From: a virus
Lineage: Duplodnaviria; Caudoviricetes
Length of the DNA: 49,057 nucleotides
IMG/VR virus record: IMGVR_UViG_3300043485_000019
Coordinates: 1-49,057 of that record
Direction: 5' to 3' (one strand)
Shown: positions 35,429-44,838 of the stretch, one piece after another
Layout: each line of letters starts with the position of its first letter
How positions within the stretch are numbered: position 1 is the first letter of the stretch
Position numbers and translations under genes: made by a program
The notes under the pieces: generated by a model
What the model was told of the DNA's origin: nothing
Databases searched by the model: none
Seen by the model: only the letters and a program-made list of their open reading frames with translations

Positions 35429-35880
35429 TCTCCCCGCGATTCAGAGAGTTCCACCGCTCGCTGCCGGCGTTCCCGGTCCTGGAGGTATCTGCCCACGTCC
35501 GCGATTGTGCGTACCTCGAATGTGTTGTACCGACCGGCGAATGTCCCGCCCTTTCGGGCCGTGACGATGGCAAAATGCCATCCATCATTGGTGTTGGAAC
35601 CGGTGTCGGCTGGCGTGGCCTTGAACATCAGTCCCGAATCCACGTCTTTGACTATCACCTGCCCTTGAGGCAGGCGCCGGTCGACAAGCTCCCATTGCGT
35701 GTTGGGGAACCATTGCATCAGTGCGCAGTCCGCGATCCGCGCCAAAGCCTCGATGTCCTCGTTTTCCTCGCTCAGGCGCAGCGCCTCGTCCTGCCTCTTG
35801 CGCTCGGCCTTCCTGTCCGCCTCTTGATTCTCGTATGCCGAGCGCGCGATCTCGGTCAGTGTCGACGGTTGTTTAACCAT
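35425..35880 (-). CDS. Hypothetical protein
   Basis: 151-aa ORF with ATGA overlap. Confidence 0.6.
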   Translation of the reverse strand: MVKQPSTLTEIARSAYENQEADRKAERKRQDEALRLSEENEDIEALARIADCALMQWFPNTQWELVDRRLPQGQVIVKDVDSGLMFKATPADTGSNTNDGWHFAIVTARKGGTFAGRYNTFEVRTIADVGRYLQDRERRQRAVELSESRGE

Positions 35881-35886
35881 TTCCGC

Positions 35887-36138
35887 TCACCACCATCCTG
35901 CAAGTGTTTGGATACCGAGAAGAATGAGGGAGATTCCACAGAACACGACGACCTCGACACGCAACCGCCGATGCTGTCGCTGCGTGTGGTGCTTCTTGCG
36001 AATGAGCATGGATATGGCCAGCAGGAAGCCGACCAGGCCGAGCGGTGTCGGCAGCAGGATCGTGGCGTACCGCAGGATGTTCACCAGTACGTCAGCCGTC
36101 GCAGCAACTATGCTCACTTCGCGCACCCCCTCACCCAA
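35887..36138 (-). CDS. Membrane protein
   Basis: Two to three hydrophobic segments; start uncertain. Confidence 0.5.
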   Translation of the reverse strand: MGEGVREVSIVAATADVLVNILRYATILLPTPLGLVGFLLAISMLIRKKHHTQRQHRRLRVEVVVFCGISLILLGIQTLAGWW

Positions 36139-36506
36139 CGATTACGTACGAGCCGATACCGGCACTGTCGCCGCGTTTCCGCTTCCTCGCGCGTGAACTT
36201 TGACCCGTCCACCAAGGCGGCGCCTTCGTAGAACATCGCACCCTCGTCCGATAGTGCGATCAACCCGTGGCAATGTGTGCATTTGGCGCCGGTCAAGAGT
36301 CGTTGCGCGAGAGCCTGTGTCGCTGCGTCCGGTGACTTGTGGTGCTCGACCTGAATACGTGCGCCCTGATACGACGCTGCCGCCCACCAGTCGGCCTGCT
36401 CGGCGGGAACGTCGTCATGCAGGTACCCGAAGGTGAATTCCTTCGCGCCTGTGCGTCCGATCAGGTCAACACAAGCAATCACCACATCCATGTCAGGACC
36501 GGCCAT
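36114..36506 (-). CDS. Hypothetical Zn-binding protein
   Basis: DLIGRTGA.EF.GYL, C.HC, CRY..W.RGC. Confidence 0.7.
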   Translation of the reverse strand: MAGPDMDVVIACVDLIGRTGAKEFTFGYLHDDVPAEQADWWAAASYQGARIQVEHHKSPDAATQALAQRLLTGAKCTHCHGLIALSDEGAMFYEGAALVDGSKFTREEAETRRQCRYRLVRNRWVRGCAK

Positions 36507-36614
36507 GACCCACCGCCCATCCGATCAGCGCCACACCGGCCACGAAGCAACCGACGATCAGGCCGGCTCTCGCCACGTCCCAGCGGGTAACGATGATGGA
36601 GTGCTGGCGGTTCA

Positions 36615-36869
36615 TCATTCATCCCAGCAAGGACAGTCGCACTGCGTAGCGATCTTCATCTTGATCGCTTTCAGTTCGTTCACCACAGCGTCGATGTCGC
36701 GCGAATGTACGGCCGTGCCACCGACCTGATCGATCACGCCGTCGCCGAACACGCGGACGTAGTCAATCAGCCTTTCTGCCGGTGTGCTGTCGGTGCATTT
36801 CCACACCTCGTTACATGCGCAGTCGCCGAAGGCGTCGGCATTCGGGCACTGCTCGTCAGGATTGGTCAT
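36615..36869 (-). CDS. Cys-containing hypothetical protein
   Basis: PAERL..Y...DI.AV..ELKA segment similar to the neighbouring gene. Confidence 0.55.
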   Translation of the reverse strand: MTNPDEQCPNADAFGDCACNEVWKCTDSTPAERLIDYVRVFGDGVIDQVGGTAVHSRDIDAVVNELKAIKMKIATQCDCPCWDE

Positions 36870-37300
36870 CGCGGCTGCACCTCGCATCGGTTCGGGCACG
36901 GCTCGAATTCACAGTATTGCTCGTGTTGACAGGAAGCGGGGCTCATGCCGCAAGTGCAGCCCTTGACGGCCGTGACTCCACTGCCGTGGCATTGGTCGCA
37001 ACTGGCTTGAAGTCGCGCCGCTTCGATGTCCTCCATCATCAGATCGATGCCATCCGGCAGTAGATGCGTGGTGTGTGCCCAAAGCTCGACAACATGCCGG
37101 ATCGCTTCGCGTTGCGCGTCCCAGGTGGCCAGCTTCGCGCGGGCTGCTTTCAGCTCGTCCAGCACGGCGCGGATCTCGCTGGCGTACAACATCGGAGTCT
37201 CACCGAACCGCTCACCAAGCCCATCAATGAAATCCCGACCCCCCCGTTCATCGGCGTGCGCCTGGAGGTAGAACTCGATGCGTTCCTCTGGAGTGCTCAC
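36866..37300 (-). CDS. Hypothetical protein with C-terminal Cys cluster
   Basis: STPEERI, LYASEIRAVLDEL, CDQCHGSG..CTCG..HE.YC..PCP. Confidence 0.65.
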   Translation of the reverse strand: MSTPEERIEFYLQAHADERGGRDFIDGLGERFGETPMLYASEIRAVLDELKAARAKLATWDAQREAIRHVVELWAHTTHLLPDGIDLMMEDIEAARLQASCDQCHGSGVTAVKGCTCGMSPASCQHEQYCEFEPCPNRCEVQPR

Positions 37301-37452
37301 GACTTGCCTCCACGCTCAGTCATCTGGCGAGCGAGTCGCTTCAGGTCGCAGGTGTGCTTGTGCTCCATCCTCGGCCGTTTGCATGCGGGGCACACGTTGC
37401 TGTCAGCGTGCTCAGTGATGGTCCGGTCGTCGGCGGTCTGCTCGGGGGTCAC
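37297..37452 (-). CDS. Small hypothetical protein
   Basis: CPAC..H.C; GTGA overlap. Confidence 0.45.
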   Translation of the reverse strand: MTPEQTADDRTITEHADSNVCPACKRPRMEHKHTCDLKRLARQMTERGGKS

Positions 37453-37672
37453 GTCATGCCTCCATGAAGGGCCGGCGGCTTCACGTCCAGCCAGGCGCGC
37501 AAGCGTTCCTCTGGGGTGCTCACCGTCGGCCTCCCTTGAATATCGCCCAACAATCCGCGCGTACGACGTAGGGCCAGCCGCCATGTCGCCGCCAGCGGCG
37601 CGCCTGACGTTTGTCAAGGCCGGGAACGGCAACCTTGCGGAGCCGGCCGCGTGGTTTCTTTGTACTCACGGG

Positions 37673-38002
37673 TCATGCCTCCATGAACGGGTGGCCGACA
37701 CCGTACGGATGCCCTGACTGATAGTGCTGGTGGCGCGGGCGACCACAAAGCACGCACGGCAGCATGCCAATCTCGGCAGCCTGCCTCCGCTGTTCTGCCT
37801 CGGCTGCGTCCTGCGGATGGTCGAAGCCGTTCAGATAGCCGTGGTTGTAACCCGCGTCGTAAGCCTTGGCCAGTGCGGTACGTGCGATCTGGCGGCTGTC
37901 CCTGATCTCCGGCCAGGCGCCATTGATCATGGCTCCCACCCAGTCATCTCGCTGTTTCGCGTACGAGGGCGAGGGCTGAGCGGCGGCCTGCTCTGGGGTC
38001 AC
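37673..38002 (-). CDS. Hypothetical protein with C-terminal CxxC..H..HPF
   Basis: AYDAGY..G; CVLCG.PRHQH..HPFMEA. Confidence 0.6.
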   Translation of the reverse strand: MTPEQAAAQPSPSYAKQRDDWVGAMINGAWPEIRDSRQIARTALAKAYDAGYNHGYLNGFDHPQDAAEAEQRRQAAEIGMLPCVLCGRPRHQHYQSGHPYGVGHPFMEA

Positions 38003-38322
38003 GGCGCAACTCCGATCTCACACAGGACAGCCAGAGCGTCAGGGCAGAGGCTCGGCCAGATGTATATGCGGTCGCCGACCATGTCTCGACAGTCCCAGCA
38101 CCCGCTTGGCGCGTGGTCACCCGGCAGGCCCTCGTGCGGATGGTGCCGTTCCCAACGTTCCCTGAGAGAGAAAGCCCAAACGGCTCGGAAGTCTTCGGTC
38201 CATACGGGCGTGAGCATCTTCCGGTTCCCGTCCCACCGCAGATGCTTGCCCGGCTTTTCGCCTTCGACCCACTCGTCCAACTCATCCAGCCGCGCCTGTA
38301 CGCGCTGTTTCAGGTCGTCCAT
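37999..38322 (-). CDS. Hypothetical protein (distantly DUF6221-like)
   Basis: ARLDE, ERHHP, C..C, WP..CPD. Confidence 0.6.
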   Translation of the reverse strand: MDDLKQRVQARLDELDEWVEGEKPGKHLRWDGNRKMLTPVWTEDFRAVWAFSLRERWERHHPHEGLPGDHAPSGCWDCRDMVGDRIYIWPSLCPDALAVLCEIGVAP

Positions 38323-38480
38323 AGCTCACTCCCGTAACCGCATTTCAGGCTGTCAAGACGCTCCGGCTTGTACGAAGGCAGGTACCTTTCCCCGCACCTC
38401 TGGCACTCCCACAGATGAACACCATTGACGACGACGCTGCGCACTCGATGCGTCCGCTGGTTCAGGTCGCCGGCGGTCAC
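38310..38480 (-). CDS. Small Zn-finger-like protein
   Basis: H...WECQRCG. Confidence 0.45.
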   Translation of the reverse strand: MTAGDLNQRTHRVRSVVVNGVHLWECQRCGERYLPSYKPERLDSLKCGYGSELWTT

Positions 38481-38740
38481 GTCAGGGTCTCCGTCCACTT
38501 CGGTGGGATCTTCGACAGCCACACGATCGGGCCGTCAGCCTCACCGATCAGATACCGGCCCCACTTGCATAACACCCAGCGCGGAAAGCGGCCGTACTCA
38601 TCGGCAAGGAGTGGCCCCATTTTCGGCGGTCCAACGTCTTGGAGGAATTGCGCGAAGGCCTGCACGGCGGTCGCGTCTTTGAGAGTGATTCGGCCATCGC
38701 TGAGTTTCTGGCTCAGTGCCGTGTTCAGGTCAGCGCTCAC
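38477..38740 (-). CDS. Hypothetical protein
   Basis: GTGA overlaps on both sides. Confidence 0.55.
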   Translation of the reverse strand: MSADLNTALSQKLSDGRITLKDATAVQAFAQFLQDVGPPKMGPLLADEYGRFPRWVLCKWGRYLIGEADGPIVWLSKIPPKWTETLT

Positions 38741-39516
38741 TGGTGACCGCCCAGCGCCTCGCGGATGCACCCAGCCGCGCTTGGAGCCCAAGAACCGGCG
38801 CCGAATTCCCAGCGATTGACCTGGGCCTCGACCCGCGCCACCTTGGCCTCGGCGCGCTCCATTCTCCGGACGTTGTCCATGCCGGCCTCTTCGTCAAAGT
38901 GCAGCTTGGCTTCGAGGTCTGCCACCTTGGCCTCGGCCGCCTCGGCGCGTTGCGTCTCGTTGTCTGATGCGCGCTCGTAAATGCTTCCTTGGATTGCGGC
39001 GTGTTCAGCGCGTTTGATCGCCGCATCCCGCTCCTGGATGGCTTTGTCGCGCTCGCCTTCCAGTGCGGCCAACTGATCGGATGCTGTGCCATCGCAAACA
39101 ACAAGAGCCCTGACGGCTTTGTCGCGCTCGGCCCGCGCGTCCAAAAGACGTTTCCGTGGGTTGCTCTCGTTGTACCAGCGGGTGATCAGGTCAAGCACCT
39201 TGTCGGCGTCCCGTGGGATAAGCACCAGGGCCCCATCGCGGTCCTGAATGTCGTTCACAAGGCGGATGACAGCGTCGTCCGGCAGCCATTCCGGCCGCTG
39301 GGAGTGCTCGAACGTCGGCGGCCATTCCTCACCCGATAGTGGCCCACGAATCTGCTCGACGCCGTTCAGTGCGTTGAAAAGCTGAATGGCCTTGTTCGTA
39401 CGCTCAGCCCACGTCCGCAAGGAGCGGTCCCACTCGCGCATGTGCTTCTCGATCAGGGCGTGCGGTGGCGGCGGCGCCGGGGACTCGATGTCAGGAAAGA
39501 CAACACGATCAGACAT
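38737..39516 (-). CDS. Coiled-coil hypothetical protein
   Basis: Repeated ERDKA / RAEAAEAKVA heptads. Confidence 0.65.
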   Translation of the reverse strand: MSDRVVFPDIESPAPPPPHALIEKHMREWDRSLRTWAERTNKAIQLFNALNGVEQIRGPLSGEEWPPTFEHSQRPEWLPDDAVIRLVNDIQDRDGALVLIPRDADKVLDLITRWYNESNPRKRLLDARAERDKAVRALVVCDGTASDQLAALEGERDKAIQERDAAIKRAEHAAIQGSIYERASDNETQRAEAAEAKVADLEAKLHFDEEAGMDNVRRMERAEAKVARVEAQVNRWEFGAGSWAPSAAGCIREALGGHQ

Positions 39517-39793
39517 TCTCGACCGCCTCGTACGTCTCGGCGAAGCGTTCCGCGTTGCAGGGATAAAAGCCACTCTTGTCGCGGAGAACCCACTCGCCCG
39601 TGACGACACACAGCTCGGTGTTGCCGTTGGCCGCAACCCGCACGGCGGCCGTGTCTTCGGGGTTCTCGCTGTCCTCAGGGTCGAGCGCGTAGAAGTTGCC
39701 GACGCCGGCCCATGCTTGGATCTCGGCCTCGTTGTCGCCAGTCCATTGCATCGCCTTGATCACGACCGGCTTTTTGCGGTAGCGCTTAGCCAT
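39509..39793 (-). CDS. Conserved phage protein (YRKKPVVI.A.QW family)
   Basis: YRKKPVVIKAMQWTG...GEWV...FYPC...FAETYE. Confidence 0.8.
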   Translation of the reverse strand: MAKRYRKKPVVIKAMQWTGDNEAEIQAWAGVGNFYALDPEDSENPEDTAAVRVAANGNTELCVVTGEWVLRDKSGFYPCNAERFAETYEAVENV

Positions 39794-40361
39794 TGTCGGC
39801 CGCCTTGCGCGCCATCACGGCGTCGTACAGGGCTCGCGCCATCCGGGCATCACCGAGCGCGGTGTGCCGGTCCTTCTCGTCGTACGTCAGCCCGAACTCG
39901 TCGAGCACTTTGTCGAAGTTCCACGGAGGCCGCAAGCCGAGCACGCCGGCCGCGAGCGTTTCCACGTCAACCAGGTGGTAATGCCATGCGGGGATCAGGC
40001 CGTGGGCACGCAGCAAGCGGTCCAAGACTTCGGTGTCGAAGTTCGGCACGGCGCCAACGATGTGGGCGCCATGGGTCCGGTGGGCGACAATTTCCGCCGC
40101 CTCGTACCGTGATTTAACGAGCGAATCATCCCAGTCAACACTGTTGTTGCCTGCAAGGTACATCCCCCACGGATGCCGCTCGTAGAAACATCCGATGCTG
40201 AGCCCGAACGGGTCAGCTACGGACAGGTCAACGTCCACGAAGAACTGAGTCTCAGACTCGTTGTCGCCCTCGCGGCGGATCATGGCGACCTCCCAGACCT
40301 CGCGGCCGGGGTGGACACCGGTGGTTTCGGTGTCGAGGAATACGAGCGGGGTTTCGGTCAT
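39786..40361 (-). CDS. DEDDh 3'-5' exonuclease (DnaQ-like)
   Basis: FLDTETTG, PNFD, DVE, RHTALGDA. Confidence 0.9.
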   Translation of the reverse strand: MTETPLVFLDTETTGVHPGREVWEVAMIRREGDNESETQFFVDVDLSVADPFGLSIGCFYERHPWGMYLAGNNSVDWDDSLVKSRYEAAEIVAHRTHGAHIVGAVPNFDTEVLDRLLRAHGLIPAWHYHLVDVETLAAGVLGLRPPWNFDKVLDEFGLTYDEKDRHTALGDARMARALYDAVMARKAADNG

Positions 40362-40693
40362 GCTGTCTTCTCCGTACGGTCGATTGGGTACTGCTCTTCG
40401 TTGAGTTCGTATACACAGCCCGGGAATGGCTCGGCGTAGCAGTCAGGCATGTGGACCGTGACACGTTTCGGCCGACCGTCACGATCGGCTTTGACGTGGA
40501 TCGTGACGCCGCCGACATTGCCCCACCAGAAACCGGTGTCCATCTGCTCGATGTGCAGCCAATGGCCGACGACGATCTCATCGAACTCGGCGCCCGGGTG
40601 GTCCTTGCTGGACAGCTCGACTTTCTCACCGTCGAAGTAGGGCATCCATGCGAGGATGCGCCACGGTGATCCTGCTCTACGGATACGGGTCAT
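40358..40693 (-). CDS. Hypothetical protein
   Basis: FDEIVVG.WLHIEQMD...WW..VGG. Confidence 0.7.
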   Translation of the reverse strand: MTRIRRAGSPWRILAWMPYFDGEKVELSSKDHPGAEFDEIVVGHWLHIEQMDTGFWWGNVGGVTIHVKADRDGRPKRVTVHMPDCYAEPFPGCVYELNEEQYPIDRTEKTA

Positions 40694-40869
40694 GCGCTCA
40701 CCCCGCTAGTGCGACTCCACAGCGACGTGCTTTTGTGTCCCGTCTCGTTTCTGTGTTCCGTCAGCCACTCTGTGCGGGCTGTCTCGGTGTCGAAGAGCTG
40801 CTCGATACACCGGCCGGCGCGGCGGCAGTCCAGGCAGGTCACCCACCAGGCGGTGAGGGTGACGGTCAT
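40690..40869 (-). CDS. Small Zn-finger-like protein
   Basis: CLDC..F..W..H..TGH. Confidence 0.6.
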   Translation of the reverse strand: MTVTLTAWWVTCLDCRRAGRCIEQLFDTETARTEWLTEHRNETGHKSTSLWSRTSGVSA

Positions 40870-41138
40870 GCCGACCTCCATTCCCGGTACAGCTCCTCCT
40901 TGTAGAGCGCCCGGTATTCCGCTTCGTGCCTCTGGCGGAGTCGGTGGAGGGCACGGCTTGCGATTCGGCCCTGCCGGTTGGCGGCCTCCCGGACCGTGGC
41001 CGACTTCCGCCGTAAGTCCCGGTGGTATTTCGAGGCGGCGTCACAGCATGGCTGGCAGGGCTTCTGGGCACGTCTACGGTGACGTTGATAGGCGGCGTAC
41101 GTACCGCACGCCTGCCACTTCTTGAGGCTGACCGTCAT
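40866..41138 (-). CDS. CGT..Y..H..PC..C Zn-motif protein, paralog A
   Basis: CGTYAAYQRH..KPCQPC; AL.RL..RH..EYR.LY.EEL. Confidence 0.7.
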   Translation of the reverse strand: MTVSLKKWQACGTYAAYQRHRRRAQKPCQPCCDAASKYHRDLRRKSATVREAANRQGRIASRALHRLRQRHEAEYRALYKEELYREWRSA

Positions 41139-41410
41139 GCCGGCACCGCCGGATAATCCACGTGCACATGCGACATTCCCAGATCTCGCTCCAGTTCCTC
41201 GCCGTACAGGGTTCGAAACTCCAACCGGTGGCGTGCAGCGAGCCGGTAAAGCGCGATGTGCTCCGGACGGTTCCGGCAGCCTTTCCAGTCCTCGCGGCGA
41301 AGCCTGCGGACCTGCTCCGTGCGGTTGTGGGCTTCCCGGCAGGCGTCGCACGGCTTCTCCTCATGCGTACGGTGTGCCTGGTAGCCACGGTCGGTTCCGC
41401 AGGTGCTCAT
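41135..41410 (-). CDS. CGT..Y..H..PC..C Zn-motif protein, paralog B
   Basis: CGTDRGYQAH..KPCDAC; AL.RL..RH..EFR.LY.EEL. Confidence 0.7.
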   Translation of the reverse strand: MSTCGTDRGYQAHRTHEEKPCDACREAHNRTEQVRRLRREDWKGCRNRPEHIALYRLAARHRLEFRTLYGEELERDLGMSHVHVDYPAVPA

Positions 41411-43035
41411 GCTGTCGCTCCAGGGGGCGGTACGGCTGGCCAGTCGTCGCCGTAGCTGTCGGGTACGAAGGTGGGCACGGACCGCAGGTGTGCGGCGTTC
41501 GGATCGACCCAGGGCCAGCCGTTTGGGTCGGCGTTGCGTACGAGTTCTGTCGGCCAGCTGCGCTCGCTGCGAGCACCGCGCCATGCCCTGAGTACGACCT
41601 CACGCATCGCGTCCTCCAGATCCGCTGTACGATCCTTGGGGCGCATTCCCATACCGAACTCGGGCCAGCGCAGGAACAGGCTTGATCCGGCGGGGCGGAG
41701 GCCGCGGCCGTTCTCGCCGGACGCGTGACCCGCGTGTGCTTCGGTGATGAGTGCGCAGTCCGCGGCCACCCGTGCGGCATCCAGTGCTGAGACGACGGCG
41801 CGCGCGGCTCGTTCGTCGTTGATATCCGAGGTATGCAGCCGGTACAGCGGGCCGACTACGAGCAGGTCGGGCTTGTGTGCCGTGACGCGCTCCAGAAGCC
41901 ATGCGGCGTCTTCGCCCGCGAGGTCGATGCCCGCGGGCTTGTGGATGAGGAACATCTGCCCGTCACCGACGCGTAGGCCGTTCAGGCGTGCGATGCGTTC
42001 CAGGCGTCGCATGTGTGGCCGGGACTGGCGGGCGGAGTTCTCGCAGTCGATGACCAGCACCCGCTGTGGCGGAATCGGCTTGTTCGTGAACGGATGCAAC
42101 CCGGCGGCGGCGGTAAGGGCGATTTGCCGAATCGCGACCGATTTTCCAAGGCCTTCATGTCCGGTAAAGATCAGCCGGTCGCCGCGCTCTAGTAGGCCGG
42201 GAATCACCCACGTCTCAGCAACATCCTCGATCGCGAGGAACTCGTGAAGGTCGGGTGCGAGGTCAACCGTGGTGGGCTTGTCGGACTGCCAAGTCGTGAC
42301 GAACTCGTCCAGCGACCTGCCGGCGGCGAGATGGTCGGACGCGTCCTTGCCGGCCGCGGCTTCCACGATCCGCACGGACTCGGCGTCGGTGAGGGACTGT
42401 GCGATCAGTCGGGCGTGGGCCTGGCCGGGGCGGTCCTTGTCGGCGACGATGACGACCGGTACGCCGGTGAGGACCTCGCTGTACTCGGGCCGCCATTTTC
42501 CCGCGCCTCCGGGCGCCGTGGTGGCCGCTACGCCCTTGCGGCGGAGGTTGTCGGCGTCCTTCTCGCCCTCCGTGATCCATACTGTCTGGCCGTTGCCGAT
42601 GTCCTCGACCAACCGTGGGAGCCGGTACAGCACTCGCCGTACGTCGCCGAGGGTCCACCGCCAGCCGCTTTTCGTTGTGGTGTCGGGGACGCGTTGTGGG
42701 AACTGCTTGTCAGTGGTACGGCAGACCTGGAACAGCAGCCGGTTGTCCTCGTCGCGGTAGTCGTAGATCGCGACCGCCGGACCGCGGGGTGTCCAGTCGT
42801 CCACAGGCTTGTCGCGGGGTGTGCACAACTCGGCCCACGTGAGGTCAATGGCGGCGAGTATGGCGTCGATTTCACAGCCGGCGTGGCAGTGGATAACCAC
42901 GGGTTGTTCCTTGCCTTCGGCCAGGGAAAGTGACGGGTTCTTGTCGGAGTGTGCCGGGCAACGGGCCTGGAACCCACCGGCGACCGGGCGGATGCCTTCG
43001 AGTCGCGGCAGGACGATCTCGGTCAGGACGCTCAT
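41407..43035 (-). CDS. Primase-helicase (Zn finger + Toprim + RecA-like AAA_25 helicase)
   Basis: CPAH.D..PSLS..CHAGC, LYRLP, EGEKDA, D.D..G, Walker A GHEGLGKS, DCEN, RP.GSS. Confidence 0.9.
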   Translation of the reverse strand: MSVLTEIVLPRLEGIRPVAGGFQARCPAHSDKNPSLSLAEGKEQPVVIHCHAGCEIDAILAAIDLTWAELCTPRDKPVDDWTPRGPAVAIYDYRDEDNRLLFQVCRTTDKQFPQRVPDTTTKSGWRWTLGDVRRVLYRLPRLVEDIGNGQTVWITEGEKDADNLRRKGVAATTAPGGAGKWRPEYSEVLTGVPVVIVADKDRPGQAHARLIAQSLTDAESVRIVEAAAGKDASDHLAAGRSLDEFVTTWQSDKPTTVDLAPDLHEFLAIEDVAETWVIPGLLERGDRLIFTGHEGLGKSVAIRQIALTAAAGLHPFTNKPIPPQRVLVIDCENSARQSRPHMRRLERIARLNGLRVGDGQMFLIHKPAGIDLAGEDAAWLLERVTAHKPDLLVVGPLYRLHTSDINDERAARAVVSALDAARVAADCALITEAHAGHASGENGRGLRPAGSSLFLRWPEFGMGMRPKDRTADLEDAMREVVLRAWRGARSERSWPTELVRNADPNGWPWVDPNAAHLRSVPTFVPDSYGDDWPAVPPPGATA

Positions 43036-43838
43036 CCCCACACCTCCGCCGCCGTGATGCGGTTAGGGTCGATCAGCGAAATCTTTGCGTCGTCCTCGTC
43101 CGCCCACCGGTCGTCGTTGAGCCACCCATCGGGTTGCTTGATCTTGTCTTTCGGTCGACCTTCGCGGCGGACCTGCTCGGCGTAACGGCGGGCTCCGGCG
43201 ATGATGGTCGCCGCGTCGGTGTGCTTGAGCGCCTTGCGCCACCTCGCTCGTGCGGCCTTCTTGCTGACCTTGCGTGGGTAGATCTCCCAGAACGTGAGCC
43301 AGTCAGGGTCATCCTCGTCGCTCGTCGGCGAAGCCGGTGAGCAAATGTCTTTTACCCTGTTCCCCTGTTCCCCTGTTCCAGTGCCTGAAGTCTGCGCATC
43401 TTCCGTAGCAAGGGGCGGAACTTCCGTCACTGTCCGGCGGAGATTGACGGAGCTTCCGTTACTTCCCTGGTCAACGGCTATCGGGTCGTACTCATCACCC
43501 ACCTCGGGACCAGGAAACCGAGACGCTGCCTTTCGTTCAGTGCGCTGGTGTGTGTCGAACGTCGGGATCTGGAAATACCGCCTCCCGGACACCTCATAGA
43601 ACACCACGTCAAACCTTCCGCGAATTTCCGTCAGCATCGACGGAAGTTCCTTCGCAGTAATCGGATCTTCCTCGTGAGGGAAGGCGAAGCCGGCCAGCTC
43701 CTTCGGATTCGCGGTGCCGCGGCCGGTGTCGTCGGCCCAGTTCCACATCGCTACGAACAGCAACCGAGTCCACGGGTCCAAGCCGCCCATGGACGGCGAT
43801 GACCAGAATTCCGGTTTGATCGTTCGAATACGTGGCAT
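43032..43838 (-). CDS. Phage replication initiator protein
   Basis: RIRTIKPEFW, ADD.GR, HQR, FW..YPRKV.K..A, P..WLN..RW.DE. Confidence 0.88.
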   Translation of the reverse strand: MPRIRTIKPEFWSSPSMGGLDPWTRLLFVAMWNWADDTGRGTANPKELAGFAFPHEEDPITAKELPSMLTEIRGRFDVVFYEVSGRRYFQIPTFDTHQRTERKAASRFPGPEVGDEYDPIAVDQGSNGSSVNLRRTVTEVPPLATEDAQTSGTGTGEQGNRVKDICSPASPTSDEDDPDWLTFWEIYPRKVSKKAARARWRKALKHTDAATIIAGARRYAEQVRREGRPKDKIKQPDGWLNDDRWADEDDAKISLIDPNRITAAEVWG

Positions 43839-44341
43839 CACGCCGCCCTTCCAGACCGCGGCGCACGTACGAACCCAACCTCAGCGGACCGGTAGTCCAG
43901 GATGGGTTTTGAGAACGTGCGGCACATGCGGCATCGCCAGTCACCGTGGGCGTCCATGAAAACGGTGTGCCCACATGTCTTGCATTCACGTAGCACGATG
44001 TCTTGGTTCGGTGAGGCGCTCTCCCAGGTGGCTCGTTCGCGTATCGGTGCTCGCAGGATCACGACAAGTGGCGGCAGGACGATGTTGGCGATCTCGTCAA
44101 ACTCCCGCTGCATCCGCCGCGGCTTGTCGATGCGCTCGTTGTGTGGGCCTTTGACCTCGGCCCACACGCGCTGTTCGGTCAGGTAGAAGTCGGCGAGGTA
44201 TTTCTCACCGTTGGACAGTTCAACGGCTAGTGGCTCGTATGACCAGGCGTGGATGCCCCAACCGTCGAACGTCGCAGCCCAGTTCGCCTCCAGGGTGGAA
44301 CGGAACTGGACGCCGGCGTACACCATCGGGACGGCTTTCAC
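43838..44341 (-). CDS. PD-(D/E)XK nuclease-like protein
   Basis: Y.GVQFRS.LEA.WA..FD, W.YEP, YLADF, EVKG; C-terminal Zn ribbon. Confidence 0.82.
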   Translation of the reverse strand: MKAVPMVYAGVQFRSTLEANWAATFDGWGIHAWSYEPLAVELSNGEKYLADFYLTEQRVWAEVKGPHNERIDKPRRMQREFDEIANIVLPPLVVILRAPIRERATWESASPNQDIVLRECKTCGHTVFMDAHGDWRCRMCRTFSKPILDYRSAEVGFVRAPRSGRAA

Positions 44342-44838
44342 AAAAGCCCTCCGTTCAACACGGCCTCGACCGGCTGCCCGTCCAACACGCGGGTCATCAT
44401 CGCCATGGACTGCGTGGTGATGCCGTAGTTCTTCACGATCGCCGCGGCGAGGTTCATCCGCTGGCCGTAGTCGTCGGCTTCGTCTGCCGGCAGCTCATGG
44501 ACGCCGCCGTCGTTGTCCAGGCGCGCCCAGCCGAGCCGGTAGAGCACGGGGACATCGGCGGGGTTCTGGATACGGTCCAACAGCAGGCCGACCTGCTTTG
44601 CCCAGTGACGCTGGGATTCGGCGCGTTGGTGGCACATGTTCGGCGATGTGGCGCTGCCGCACAGCAGGATCAGGTTGCTCGCCGCGTTGATCTTCGGGTC
44701 CTTGCTGCCGCCGGCTCCGCGCGGAATGCGGTGCTGACGGCTGAACCACTGGTCACCGATGTAGCGGCAGCAGAACTCACAGAATCCTTCCGCCCGTTGG
44801 TCCACGATGTCCCGGACCGTTTTCGCGATGGCAGTCAT
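44338..44838 (-). CDS. HNH-like endonuclease
   Basis: CEFC..HR.PRG.GG..NL..LCG...CH; P..VPV...LD..G. Confidence 0.8.
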   Translation of the reverse strand: MTAIAKTVRDIVDQRAEGFCEFCCRYIGDQWFSRQHRIPRGAGGSKDPKINAASNLILLCGSATSPNMCHQRAESQRHWAKQVGLLLDRIQNPADVPVLYRLGWARLDNDGGVHELPADEADDYGQRMNLAAAIVKNYGITTQSMAMMTRVLDGQPVEAVLNGGLL

